From NCBI RefSeq assembly GCF_001194135.2, contig NC_069005.1:14947302-14994788 (forward strand): a stretch of 47,487 nt of DNA, given 5' to 3'. The notes beneath the pieces are model-generated. The model ran no database searches. It was not told where the DNA came from and worked only from the letters and a program-made list of their open reading frames with translations. The translations under genes and the position numbers were made by a program. This document shows, piece after piece, positions 1 to 11,603 of this stretch; the stretch's first letter is position 1, and every line of letters starts with the position of its first letter. The stretch is from Octopus bimaculoides (lineage: Eukaryota).

Positions 1-38
<38 letters not shown>
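1..38. repeat. (AT)n microsatellite
   Basis: Pure AT dinucleotide run at the window start. Confidence 0.98.
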
Positions 39-45
<7 letters not shown>

Positions 46-224
46 GTGTAAGAGTAGCTAAGGGTAAGGAAGGAACATTGAAGTTTATATTTTTTAATTG
101 TGCATGTTTGGGTGTGTGTTTGACTCTCCTTGGCTAGACATTGTGTGATGGTCTGTAAACAAGGATCACCATTATATAAACAGTGGTTTGTCTTTTCTAA
201 TATGTTGTAAAAACATATATGACT

Positions 225-352
225 GTGAAGGGAAAATTCCACCTTGCTTGGAAGCAGGTGAGGGTTGGTGACAGGAAGAGGCATCCAGCCATAGAAAATC
301 TGATTCAATGAATTCTGTCTGACCCATGTAAGCATGGAATAGTTAACATTAA
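225..352 (+). mobile_element. 3' tail fragment of an RTE-tailed SINE
   Basis: Contains gggttggtgacaggaagaggcatccagccatagaaaa...gcatggaa...acattaaa, a motif repeated many times in this window. Confidence 0.6.
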
Positions 353-399
353 ATTGATCAGGGCCCCACCCACGCCAGGTTCTTTACCAGCCCTCTTTA

Positions 400-2229
400 G
401 GATGTATTGCATGAAGTGGAGGTTGCCATGGATAGAGCAATTTTGCACATCACACGTCATTTTTTGTTGTTCTTGCTGCGTTTGTGGTGTGAGTTTCCTT
501 TGGGATTTTTTTCTGTCTGCAGTAGGGTCTTTGGTACTTGTGGTGCTGCAGGAGTTGTCTGAGCATCTGCAGTTGTTATGGTTGTGTGTGTACTTTCTTT
601 GGTGCAGGACAAGACGTTTCGCCTCTGTGACTTCTTTTCAGTTTTTTTAGAATTACTGTTCCCTTTCGTCATCACTTTTCAATGTGGTAGAACCAGTGTC
701 TGTTGCAACCTTCTTCTCTCTGTGTGGAAGTGAATTCATCTTTGTATGTGTATCTTTTTCTGTGTTTGTTTGGGGGGGGGGGGGCGTTGAGCTTGGTTGC
801 AAGGCATTGGTTCTTGTGGTTGACCTCTCTGATGGTTTTCCTGCTGGTGTTGTTGTTACGCCTGCCACTGCCTCCATTGTTGCTATCTTTGCTGTTTTCT
901 CTGTTATTGGTGGTGATCTTTCTACAGCTGGTGCTCTTTTTTGTTTTCCCAGCCTTGGTGTTGGTGTCAACAGAAGTCCATGGACCCCTGTACCTTTTTG
1001 CTGAGGTACAGCATACTTGTAGGTGTGTTGCTTCCCCACAAGTGAAGGAATGAGGTCTTCTGCCCTTGGTGATCAAAAGTAATTTCTTCCCATCCTTGAG
1101 GCAGACATAGTCTGGGATTTTCACCAAGTCTTGTGGCTTTGTTTCGATTAACATTTCCAACTTTATCTCAACCCAGTCTTTTCTTTGTGTCCGTTGGACT
1201 TTTAGGAGGAGGGTGTCACTGCCCTCCATGATCACGCATCCCATGAGCCACCCTATGTTGATACCTGGTGTTATTCCAGGGACTCGAACTTTTATTGTTC
1301 TTCTGCCCATGTGGAACGGGTACATTATAAGCTGGTCAGTTTTATGAAGTCCCACTGAATGCTTCATGGCCAGCTCTTCTGTTTTAAAAAGGACTGAGAT
1401 GGAACCAAAATTTCAGGCCCTTTGAATGGATTCGACATCCTCTCTGGTTGATCTCAGTGCTATCTCCACTTGAAGGTGGGAGGGTCGTTCTGCTCTCCAA
1501 GACGCACTTATACTTTACTGTCCTCTTCTCAATTTCTACCTCCACTTTGGCTGGGATTGCAAGGTTTGCCCAGGTTTTTTTCTCTTTTTGTGGGCCAGGG
1601 CTAACATCTCCTTTTTTGTTGGAGATGCCTATCTCATAGTACTTTTGTTGGTATTTCGCAGCTGCTGCTGCGAAAGTCCTTGTTCCGCTCACACTGTTGA
1701 TGGTGGTGGTAGTGGAATTGTTCATGTTGTTACTGCTATTGTTACTTCCAAATACACTTACCTCTCTGCTGCTGGTGTTGATGTTGGTATTGGTTGTGTT
1801 CTCATTCATGTTTTTGTTGTCGTTTTCCGTTCTGTTATTGTTTTCTGTTAAGCTTCTCTCCTCCGTGCTCTCGGAGTTGTTATTTTCTGTGTGTTTATCA
1901 GTTATGGTATTTTCCACATTATTTCCGTTTGAGGAGTTGGCAGTTACATTTTTGTTGTCTGTTTGACTATCGAGTGATTGTGTGTTTTCCATTGTGTTGC
2001 TTTTCTCTGTCATAATACTTCTTTATTCTTTGCAGTTAATTTTATTGCTGTCCATAGAGTCTGTGGTGTTTTTGGATTTGTTATCAATTTTGTCCTCGAA
2101 ATTGTTACTTGCGTCTGCGAAAATTACATTTCTGTGATTTTTCCTGCTGTCACAAACTGGTTTGTTTTGCATTAGAAAGTTACACCCTCCACGCCATTTT
2201 TTGCTTGCGAACATGTAAACATTTTGCAA
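400..2229 (-). mobile_element. Degenerate gag/ORF1-like retroelement ORF with zinc knuckle (stop and frameshifts); no pol seen
   Basis: ORFs 2023-2229, 1384-2013 and 672-1367 stitch into one long frame. It has an N/T/S-rich N-terminus, a central SVLFKTEELAMKH...TIKVRVPGI region, and GRRPH(S)FTCGEATHLQVCC, a CCHC knuckle with the first Cys mutated TGC>TCC, followed by a low-complexity basic tail. Confidence 0.6.
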
Positions 2230-2393
2230 ATGCTAATATTTGGGCACAAGGCCTGAATATTATTTTGTTCTTTTTTCTGGGGACAACGACTATTGTCTTA
2301 TGTTCCCTTTTGAACAATAATATTAACAAAGACAGTAGTTTTGATAACAAAAAGCTTCCACCAATGTTCTAGCCTTCCAACCGGAAGTATAAT

Positions 2394-3379
2394 AATAATA
2401 ATCCTTCCTACTAAAGGCACAAGGCCTGAAATTTGGTGGGGAAGGGACTAGTTAATTACATTGACCCCAGTGTTTCACTGGTACTTAATTTATCGACCCC
2501 AAAAGGATGAAAGGCAAAGTTGACTTCAGCAGAATCTGAACACAGAAAATTCTTTCTACTATAGGCACAAGGCCTGAAATTTTGGGGAAGGGAGCAAATC
2601 AATTACATCGACCCCTAGAGTGTAACTGGTACTTATTTCATTGACCCTGAAAGGATGAAGGGCAAAGCCAACCTCAATGGAATTTAAATGCAGAATGTAG
2701 CGATGGGCGAAATACTGCTAAGAATTTCATCTGCTAAGAATTTCATCTTAAGAGGAAAGGGTAAGTTGACCCCTGTGCTCAACTGGTACTTATTTTATCA
2801 ACCCTGAAAGTATGAAAGGCAAAGTTGCCCATAGTAGAATTTGAACTCAGAACATAAATACAAATGAAACTAGTGCTAAACATGTTATCCAGCACACTTA
2901 CAATTCTGCCAGCTGACTACCTTAATAATAATCCTTTCTACCATAGGTACAAGGCCTGAAATTTCAGGGATGGGGACTAGTTGGTTTACATCAACTCTAG
3001 TGTTTCACTGGTTCTTATTTTATCAACCCCAAAAGGATGAAAGGTAAAGTCGACCTTGGCAGAATTTGAACTCAGATCGTATAGATGGACAAGAAGCTGC
3101 TAAGCATTTTGCCCTATGAGCCAACAATTCTGCCATCTCACCACCTTAATAATGCTAATATTGATTTCAAATTTTAGCACAGGGCCAGTGAGTTCAAGGA
3201 AGTGGGGTAAGTTGATACATCGACCCCAGTGCTCAACTGGTACTCTTTTTATCGACCACGAAAGGTATGAAAAGCAAAGTCAATCTTGGTGGAATTTGAA
3301 CTCAGAATGTGAAGATGGACAAAATGCCACTAAGCATTCTTTCTGGCTTGCTAATGATTCTGCCAGCTTGCTGCCTTAA
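2394..3379 (-). mobile_element. Head-to-tail array of 5 tRNA-derived SINE copies (family A, Meta/MESC-like central domain)
   Basis: Units at about 2394, 2549, 2750, 2924 and 3149. On the minus strand each reads ggcggcgagctggcagaat (A box)...gagttcaaattc (B box)...gactttgcctttcatccttt.ggggtcgataaa.taagtaccag...(ATT)n tail; two copies are 5' truncated. Confidence 0.85.
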
Positions 3380-4139
3380 TAAGAATAATAATATTAATAA
3401 TAAATATTGTGACATTAATGCTTTTCAACAAGAAACTGAAAATGGATCACAGAGCTTAGAGTCAGCTTTAAATTGCTCGTTACCAATCCCACAGATGAAC
3501 AGAAATAAGCTTCATTCAGGTGAGCAAAACAAAATGTTGCAGATCTGTCATATAAAGATAAACATTTATAAATTTATGAATTATAAATTTGAACCCTAGG
3601 TTAAACATGAATTTTGAATTAAAACATTTAAAAGAAAATTAAAAAAAGAAAAATGTAGGTGCTCCCTCTCTCTCTCTGGATGATCAAACTAAAAAATTTT
3701 TTATAAAATGAATGGAAGGGAAGGTAACATTATCAGCCTAAAAGCTGTTTCATGCCAAGAATTCCAGACTAAGAAGAACCATGAAAGAAAAAACAGAAAA
3801 TGATTACCTCAATTGGATAGCAACCAATGTAAATAATTTATAGTAAAATAATAATAATAATAATAATGATGGTGATGATGATGATGATATTGATGGACTA
3901 AATTTTCAGTCTCTCCCTTGATATTTTGGCAGCTGAAATTATAGGCAACATTTTACAGAAAAGAGAGGAGGAGGAGGGGAGGCGAGGAGTGAAAGAAAGA
4001 AAGAGGGAGGAAGGAAGAGACAAGGAAACAGAAAATCAAGGTGGAAATGAAACTGAAATAGATTTTATAAAAAAAAGGAAACTTCATCTCGAACCAAGTA
4101 GTATAAGATGGCCAAAAGATGAAATTCACAGGTTTTCTA

Positions 4140-4164
<25 letters not shown>

Positions 4165-4171
<7 letters not shown>

Positions 4172-4396
4172 TAATAATAATCTTTTCTACTACAGACAAA
4201 AGGCCTGAAATTTTGGAGGAGGGTATTAGTTGATTACATTGACTCCAGTGTTTCACTGGTACTTAATTTATCAACCCTAAAAGGATGAAGGACAAAGTCA
4301 ATCTTGGCAGAATTTGAACTCAGAACACAGCAACTGGCAAAAATACCACTAAGCATTTTGACCAACATTCTAACAATTCTGCCAGCTTGTTGCCTT
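4165..4396 (-). mobile_element. Family A tRNA-derived SINE, single full copy
   Basis: Same A/B boxes, central domain and (ATT)n tail as the array copies. Confidence 0.85.
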
Positions 4397-4904
4397 AATA
4401 ACAACAACAACAGCAGCAGCAGCACATTTTGATTTTAGTTTACACTAAATTTCGAGCATGTTTCCAGACAACGTAAGAACATTCCATCACTGTCCAAGTA
4501 ACCACCATCATCCATACCCTTAATCGAGTTCCTGAGTCTCCTGGTGGCTTCATTACAGGCTAATAAGGGTGGTGCATCAGCAGGAGGGGTAAGGTAAGCA
4601 CTACTATTGGATAGCTTAATTTCGCACCTTTACAGTTTCAGTATAGTATAAAGAGAAGGATAACAGAGTAACACTATTATTAGGAGAGGCTAGGAAGGTG
4701 AAAAGATCATTCTCTTACCGTCTCTTATCTTGTTCTTAATGTCTTCATTTATTCAGTTACAATGTTTCATCCTCCACCTTTAACTTCCTAACTTCTACAA
4801 ATGGAATTACCCTATTATCTTCCTTTCTATACAAAACCATAACCATGTTGCCTGAGATACACCAGCATATTACTTACAGTCTCACTTAAATGCCATGCTT
4901 GAGA

Positions 4905-5212
4905 AAACCCATCAAGCCAAGTGAAATCATAGTCATGACTGACGCCAGTGTCACATGACTGACGCCAGTGTCACATGACTGACGCCAGTGTCACATGACT
5001 GACGCCAGTGTCACATGACTGACACCCAATGCAGTGGCATGTAAAAAGCACCCATTATACTCTTGAGGTGGTTGGCATTAGGAAGGGCATCCAGCCATAG
5101 AAACCATGCCAAATCAGATGGGAGCCTAGTGCACCCCCCCTGCCCAGCTTACCAGATTCCTATCTTTAGTCAAACCATCTAACCCATGCCAGCATGGAAA
5201 GCAGATGCAAAA
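4905..5212 (+). mobile_element. RTE-tailed SINE 3' portion
   Basis: gtggcatgtaaaaagcaccc...ggttggcattaggaagggcatccagcc...aacccatgccagcatggaaag motif. Confidence 0.75.
4934..5024. repeat. 20-bp minisatellite, about 4.5 perfect copies
   Basis: Unit catgactgacgccagtgtca repeated with exact 20-nt period. Confidence 0.95.
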
Positions 5213-5399
5213 GGATAGAAAGAAAGAAAGAAGAGGAAAACAAACAAATTCACACGAATTAGATGTTTCTATGTTTTAACAAGTAGTGTGTGTGGGTGTG
5301 TGTATGTAATCAATTAGTTTTTACGTCAGCATTTTCTATACCTGCATGGGTTGGATGAGACTTGTTGAGGCAGTATTCTATGGCTAAATTCCCTTCCCT

Positions 5400-5742
5400 G
5401 CCAAGCTGTGGTTAAGAAGTTTGCTTCCTAGCCACATGGTTTCAAATTCAGTCCCATTGTGCATCACCTGGGGCAAGTGTCTTCAACTATAGCTTCAGAC
5501 TGGCTAACATTTTCTGAATGAATTTGGTAGATGGAAACTGAAAGAAGCTCATTGTGCATGTGTCTCCCACCTTGACTTGACATCATGTGATAGTGGTAAA
5601 TGCATATCACTGTCCTATTACTGTAGAAATCAAGTCAAAACAGACTATGGAACTGGATGCAGCCCCTGGCCTTGCTAGTTCCTGTCAAGCTGTTCAACCC
5701 ATGCTAACATGGAAAACGGATGTTGATGATGATGATGATGAT
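5400..5742 (+). mobile_element. tRNA/CORE-type SINE (family B) with RTE-like tail
   Basis: gctgtggttaagaag...ttcagtcccattg...cctggggcaagtgtctt (CORE-like), ending aacccatgctaacatggaaaacggatgtt(gat)n. Confidence 0.75.
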
Positions 5743-6034
5743 ATTCCAGTTGAACTTTCATTAGGAAAATCAGAGTCACCCTACATCAGAGTGTTACCTT
5801 ATACTGTGGTTTCAATAGTTTCATATCAGATCTGATAGCAATTACTAATCAGGTTACAGATGATATAATTGAACATTGAACCTATTATCTCGAAAGTTTT
5901 TAATTGGAAGTGGAGGGTGGGAGGGGAGTTTTTAACCGGACTGCACTATCAGTATAAGAACTTCAGAAAAAAAAAAGAAAAAAAATTGAAGTGTTAGGTA
6001 TATTGTATCAGGAGATGAAATAATAGAGGCTAAC

Positions 6035-6390
6035 ATAGGCACAGATGTGACTGTGTGACCCAGAAGTTTGCTTCTCAACCACATAAGGTTCAGTCCTACT
6101 GCATGTCACCTTTGGCAAATGTCTTCAGCTGTAGCTCTGAGTTGACCAAAGGCTTGAGTGGATTTGCTAGACTGAAAGTGTGTGTGTGTGTCTCCATGTC
6201 CTGACATTGCATGATTGTTGTAAATGCATGTCAGTCATTTCCAATACCCAGCAAAGATATGTTTGGCAATGGGGAAATGTTACGTTGCTTGGAAACAAGG
6301 GTTTGCAGCAGGGAGGTTGCCTGGCCATAGACTCATACAAGCATGGAAGAATGGACATTAAAACAATGATGACGATGCTGCTGATGATGA
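6035..6390 (+). mobile_element. Family B SINE, near full length
   Basis: tRNA-like head, CORE-like ctttggcaaatgtctt, internal (TG)n and RTE-like tail ending in gatgac repeats. Confidence 0.7.
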
Positions 6391-6818
6391 TAACATATTG
6401 CAGGCTATGCCCTACATGTTAGTTTCTACTTCATCATGCAGCATGATGACAATATCTCTCTCTTCTGCCTGCCAACTCTGGAGACAATTCTGAAAGACCT
6501 TTGAAGCTGAGCATAATCACACAAAGTTGGCTGATAAGATTGACACCCTCACTCATATTGGCAGAGAGAGCCTTGTCTTTTAACAATAATGATCACTGTG
6601 GTCAAACTTACTGAAAGGACAGACTTCACATTTCTTGCCAACTGGAAAGAAAAAAAAAAACAAATACAAAGACTTGGTTGATGAGGCTCTTGTTAAAAGA
6701 TGGTATGCAGCCTCAGTCCTCACTGAAGTCAGCTGCTGCAGTTTTCTAGCAAGATCATTTTGTTATTTCTTACAAAAGACTGATTTAGAACAAAAACAAC
6801 TGAAGAAAGCCACTATGG

Positions 6819-6893
6819 AGATAGCCATGGCAGGAGATAGCTGAGACCATGGCAGGAGATAGCTGAGACCATGGAAGGTGATAGCTGAGACCA
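6819..6893. repeat. 22-bp minisatellite, about 3.3 copies
   Basis: ctgagaccatggcaggagatag recurs at 6841, 6863 and 6885. Confidence 0.9.
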
Positions 6894-7244
6894 GCTCAAG
6901 ATAGTTGTAGATGACAAGAGACAACACACAGAACCCTTCTTTAGGTGAAGGCTAGTGCAACACTTTGCTACCCAACTCAGGAGAAGCATACAGGCCAAGG
7001 GGAAAAACACTTGTGACCCTGAGATACTCGCTGAAGATCAAGAAGTGATTCCAACATGTTATGCAATAGTTTTAGTCACCATCAAGAGAAAAAGCTTGCA
7101 ACATCTTTAAGTAACGCTTGCAGTTTCTGCTTGGGCAAAGCATCACCTGGAAAAGCCTAGAAAGAACAAAGCCTGACTTGCTATGGTTATGGTACAAGCA
7201 AATGCAAATCTTCAGTAATGAGACAGTGATCATGATGATGAAGA

Positions 7245-9028
7245 TAATAATAATACTCTGGGCACAAGGGCTGAAATTTTGGGGAAGGGGCTAGTTGATT
7301 TCATTGCCCCTGTACTTGACTGTTATTTACTTTGCTGACCCTAAAAAGATGAATAGCAAAGCTGAGCTTGGCAAAATTTGAACAACATAAAATTGGAAGA
7401 AATGCCACAAAGCATTTTGTCCAATATGTTAACAATTCTGTCAGTAATAATGGTTTCAAATTTTGGTACAAGACCAACAGTTTAGGGGAGAAGAGGACAG
7501 TCAGTTACATCAACCCCAGGGTACTTATTGTTAGCACCATCATGAAGACAGCAATCTTACAGAATCGTTACTTATTTCATCGACCCCAAAAGGATGAAAA
7601 GCAAAGTTGACAAGAAGATTACATCAAAGCCAGTGTTCAGCTAGAACTTATTTTATCAACCTCAAAAAGATGAATGGTCAAATTGACTTCAGTGGAATTT
7701 GATCTCAGAAATGTAAAGAGCCAGAGAAAGAACTACTGCAAAGAATATTGTCTGGGGCAGTAACGGTTCTGGCAGCTCATTGCCTAAATGATAATTCTTT
7801 TTAATTTTGGCAGAAAGCCAGCAAGTTGTTAGAGGGAGAAAGACAAATCAACTCCAGTACTTGACTGGGTACTTTATTTTATTAACTCTGAAAGAATGAA
7901 AGGCAAAGTTGACTTCAGCAGGATTTGAACATAAGAAGCCAGAAGAAATTCTACAAAACACTTTATCCAGTGTGGTAATGATTCTGCCAGGTCACTGCCT
8001 TAATAATAATGGTTTCAAATTTTGGCAGATTTGAAGAGGAGTAAGTTGATTACATTCACCCTAGTTCTCAACAGGTACTCATATTACTGACCCCAAAAGA
8101 ATGAAAAGCAAAGTCAACCATAGCGGCATTTGAACTCAGAACGTAAAGTTGGAAGAAAGGCTGCTGAGCATTTTTTCCAGGGTGGTAACAATTCTGCAAG
8201 CTTCATAATGATACTAATAATACTACTAATAGTTTTTTTTCTATTATAGAGACAAGGTCTCTTCATTTCTTTTCTACTATAGGCACAAAGTCTGAAATTT
8301 GGTGGGGACTCTAGTGCTGAACTGGTACTTATTTTATTGAGCCACAGAAAGGATGAAAGGCAAAGTCGACCTCAGTAGAGTTTGAACTCAAACATAATAA
8401 TAATCCTTTCTACTATAGGTACAAGACCTGAAATTTTTGGGGAGAGGAGTAGTTAATTACATCGACCCCAGTGTTTCACTGGTACTTAATTTATCAACCC
8501 TGGCGGCATTTGAACTCAGAATATGAAGATAGATGAAATACCCCTAAGTATTTCACCTTGGGTGCTAACAATTTTGCCAGCTTGCTGCCTTCAATAATAA
8601 TCCTTTTTACAAGGCCTGAAATTTGGGGGGACGGGGTGGTTGGTTACATTGACCCCAGTACTCAACTGATACTTAATTTATCAACTCTGAAAGGATGAAA
8701 GGCAAAGTTGACCTTGGTGGAATTTGAACTCAGAACATGAAGACAGGTGAAATACTGCACAGCATTTCACCCAGTATGCTAAAATTTCTGCCAGTTCACC
8801 ACCATGATAATAATAATAATCCTTTCTTCAAAAGACACAAGGCCTGAAATTTGTGGGGTGGGGACTAGCCGATTACATCAACCCCAAGTGTTTCACTGGT
8901 ACTTAATTTATCAACCCCAAAAGGATGACAGGCAAAGTTGACCTCGGCAGAATTTGAACTCAGAACGTAGCAGCAGACGAAATAGCGCTAAGCATTTTGC
9001 CTGGTATGCTAACAATTCTGCCAGCTCG
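7245..9028 (-). mobile_element. Head-to-tail array of about 9 family A SINE copies
   Basis: Consecutive units starting near 7245, 7446, 7625, 7790, 8004, 8265, 8396, 8593 and 8806, all on the minus strand and mostly joined through (TAA)n; two different tail types are mixed. Confidence 0.85.
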
Positions 9029-9352
9029 ATAATGATAAAATTATTTGATGATCATCCCTGGCTTACCATCCATGCAAGAAGTGCAGAAAGATTGTTTTAA
9101 CTGGTATGTCACATGTATTGTCGCTGTACATTTTCTTTCCTTTTTCCTTCTTTATTTTCTGTTTTCTTTTTCATTTTTTCTTTCCTTTTCCTTTCTTCGT
9201 TTTTTTTCTACCACGACTTTGTAAATGAACAATCTGGTGTGTTTATTTTAATGGCCTACCAATGTAGTTTCTGTGCTCTAGGTGTCAGGAAGACACTCAG
9301 CAAGAAATGGAAACAAAATGGAAAGAGGAGAATGATAATAATAATAACTTAC

Positions 9353-9441
9353 CCCCATTGCTTTGGGGTGATCTTTGGGAACATTCACTCTGAGGTAATA
9401 TGAGGGCTGCACCTTTGACTGTGAAATAATTTTCACTAAAA
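9353..9441 (-). CDS. ssh: Internal coding exon of Slingshot protein phosphatase (phase 2 to phase 1): (S)FSENYFTVKGAALILPQSECSQRSPQSNG(G)
   Basis: Strong acceptor ttcttttctctttttatttttcactccag and donor GG|GTAAGT. The peptide matches the conserved SSH N-terminal motif (SSH1 LSESFFMVKGAALFLQQ; SSH2 ISESFLTVKGAALFL), recalled from memory. Confidence 0.88.
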
Positions 9442-9584
9442 CTGGAGTGAAAAATAAAAAGAGAAAAGAATATTTTCATTATTATTACAATCAATAATCT
9501 CAAGTTTAAATTCTTGTAATATTTTAAACAACAACAAAAAACAACTTTTTTTTAAAGGAAAAATGAGAAAACAGATTATAAACA

Positions 9585-9643
9585 TGAGAGAGAGAGAGAG
9601 AAAGGGAGAGAGAGAGAAAGGGAGAGAGAGAGAGAGAGAAAGG

Positions 9644-9680
<37 letters not shown>
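9585..9680. repeat. (AG)n microsatellite
   Basis: Interrupted GA run. Confidence 0.95.
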
Positions 9681-9681
<1 letters not shown>

Positions 9682-9809
9682 AATGTCACCCATGTCATGA
9701 AAGCATATTGCTGAAAAATCTTGCTGCAACACAGAATAACATAGAAATCAATGGGAAAATAGGTGTTGCATTATGGGATTCTATGATAATGCTTCAGTAA
9801 TGCAGTTTA

Positions 9810-10026
9810 TGTTTATATATCTATAGTCCCATCTTGACAGTTCCCTTTCTTAATGTTGATGGTCATTTCTTTCATCGATTCCTGATTCTGGCTGTGGTTA
9901 TCTATTCAGGCAGCATCTTCCCAGACTCCCCCACTTTCCTTGTTTCCTTTTGATACTTCTCTCTAAGATGTGTATCCAGAGGTCATGAGACTTAATGACA
10001 TGCCCAAAATACTGCAGCTTTCCCTG
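9810..10026 (-). mobile_element. RTE-clade LINE 3' end remnant
   Basis: Minus translation QGKLQYFGHVIKSHDLWIHILERSIKRKQGK...VWED resembles the RTE ORF C-terminus (RKLxYFGHV...LEGKxxGKRGRGRP...W). Confidence 0.6.
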
Positions 10027-10059
10027 TGTTTCGTGTGTGTGTGTGTGTGTGTGTGACAA

Positions 10060-10340
10060 GGTGCATGGCTCAGTGGTTAGTGTATTCAGCTCACAATCAT
10101 ACGATCATGATTTTGATACCCTGTGGCACGTTGGGTCCTTGACCAGGACACTTTATTTCACATTGCTCTGTTCACTCAGGTGGCAAAAATGAGTTGTCAC
10201 AGCCTTGTCACATTCTGCATCAAGCTGAATCTTCCTGAGAATTATGTTATGGGTATGTGTCTGTGGAGTGCTCAGCCACTTGCACGTTAATATCATGGGC
10301 AGGATGTTCTGTTGATTGAATCAACTGGAACCCTCATCGT
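10060..10340 (+). mobile_element. tRNA-derived SINE (family C)
   Basis: gcatggctcagtggttag head, cgttgggtccttgaccaggacactt core and ...gatcaactggaaccctc...ggagtgcca tail; a related minus-strand fragment lies at about 30245-30420. Confidence 0.65.
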
Positions 10341-10384
10341 CATAACCAATGGAGTGCCAGTCTATAAATATATATACATATATA

Positions 10385-11152
10385 TATGTAGGAGAAATTG
10401 TTTTTGAAAATGCACCAGAATTTGAAAAATGTTCAAAGAATATAATAAATGTACATTACTAAAATTTTGGTCATATTGAGTTTTTATAGAATACATGGAC
10501 AAGAGAGAGAAAAAGAAAAGGAGAAACCCACTCCCAATCAAAACCTGTTCCTATGTATAAGGAACAAATCAACCAAAACCCTAATGCAGAAACAAAATCT
10601 ATTTTTTGACCAAAACATTCACCAGAAAGAATATATGTCATCAAAATTATAATGAATCAAAATTTAGATTTTTTGGTGTAAAAACATATATATATACACA
10701 CAAGATATTCTCCGATTCCCCCAAAACTCTGTTAAAAGCGAAAAGACCAGTATGCGACAGAAAAAAGAACTACATACAAGATGGCAGAAACTGTAAAAAA
10801 ACATTTTTTCTCCTTTTCTTTTCTCTCTGTTGTCCATGTTTTCTATAAAAACTCAACTATGACTGAATTTTAGTAACGTAAATTTATTATATTCTTTACC
10901 GAACATTTACTTTGATATTATCTATCCCTGTCATTGAATTTTATGTGAACATTTGATCGTTTAAACACGTTTGTTAAATTTCTACTTCGTAATTTTAAAC
11001 TTTGTTAAAATCCCATTGTTTTATATACATTTTTACCAGTGATAAACAAAAAATCATTGAAACTAGTTTGGTATTTATGTGAATAAATCTATTTAAAAGC
11101 AATTACACATTTTTCAAATTCAGGTGCATTTTCAAAAACAAATTCTCCTGTA
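10385..11152. mobile_element. Non-autonomous foldback/MITE with long terminal inverted repeats
   Basis: 10385-10430 is the inverted repeat of 11106-11152, and 10425-10525 is the inverted repeat of 10800-10897. The ends are TA-CAGGAG-like, suggesting Tc1/mariner. Confidence 0.75.
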
Positions 11153-11603
11153 TTTTTCCTGCATGGGAATACACCTCTTCTTTCCATACACACACATATT
11201 GCATATAATTTCTTTTTATATACTAGTGTGTATGCATGTGTATGTCTTTGTGGTTGTATATCTGTAAAACAATTGGGAGGATTATAATTAAAACAAAAAG
11301 CATGTGTACGCAACACACAGACCTTCACTGAAGTAAAAGCATCAATAAAGCAAACAAACTTTCAGAATATACACAAAACAACGTATCAATTAATTAATCA
11401 TACACACACACACAGATATGAAACACAACAAAATTAGATTGGCTGAGTGGTTAAGGTTAAAGAGTTGTGAGTAAGGCATTACTGTAGAACAAAATTTGCT
11501 ACAAGCATTGAATCAAAACTCTTTAAACCAAAACAATAACTTGGTTTACTGAAAAAAAATAAGCAATCAACCCACAGTTCAATATTTAGTGGTTATTAAA
11601 AAG

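Noticed and set aside
684-2015. Plus-strand hydrophobic V/L-rich ORFs resembling membrane proteins
   Set aside because: They are antisense shadows of the AAC/ACA-rich gag-like ORF on the minus strand; the same applies to 22908-23400.
6600-7230. Complex sequence around the 22-bp minisatellite, possibly a TE interior or exon
   Set aside because: No recognisable protein motif or convincing splice-site pair.
2394-9028. Repeat-spacer-like periodicity suggestive of a CRISPR array
   Set aside because: The units are 150-230-bp diverged SINEs with Pol III boxes, there are no constant short repeats with unique spacers, and there are no cas genes.
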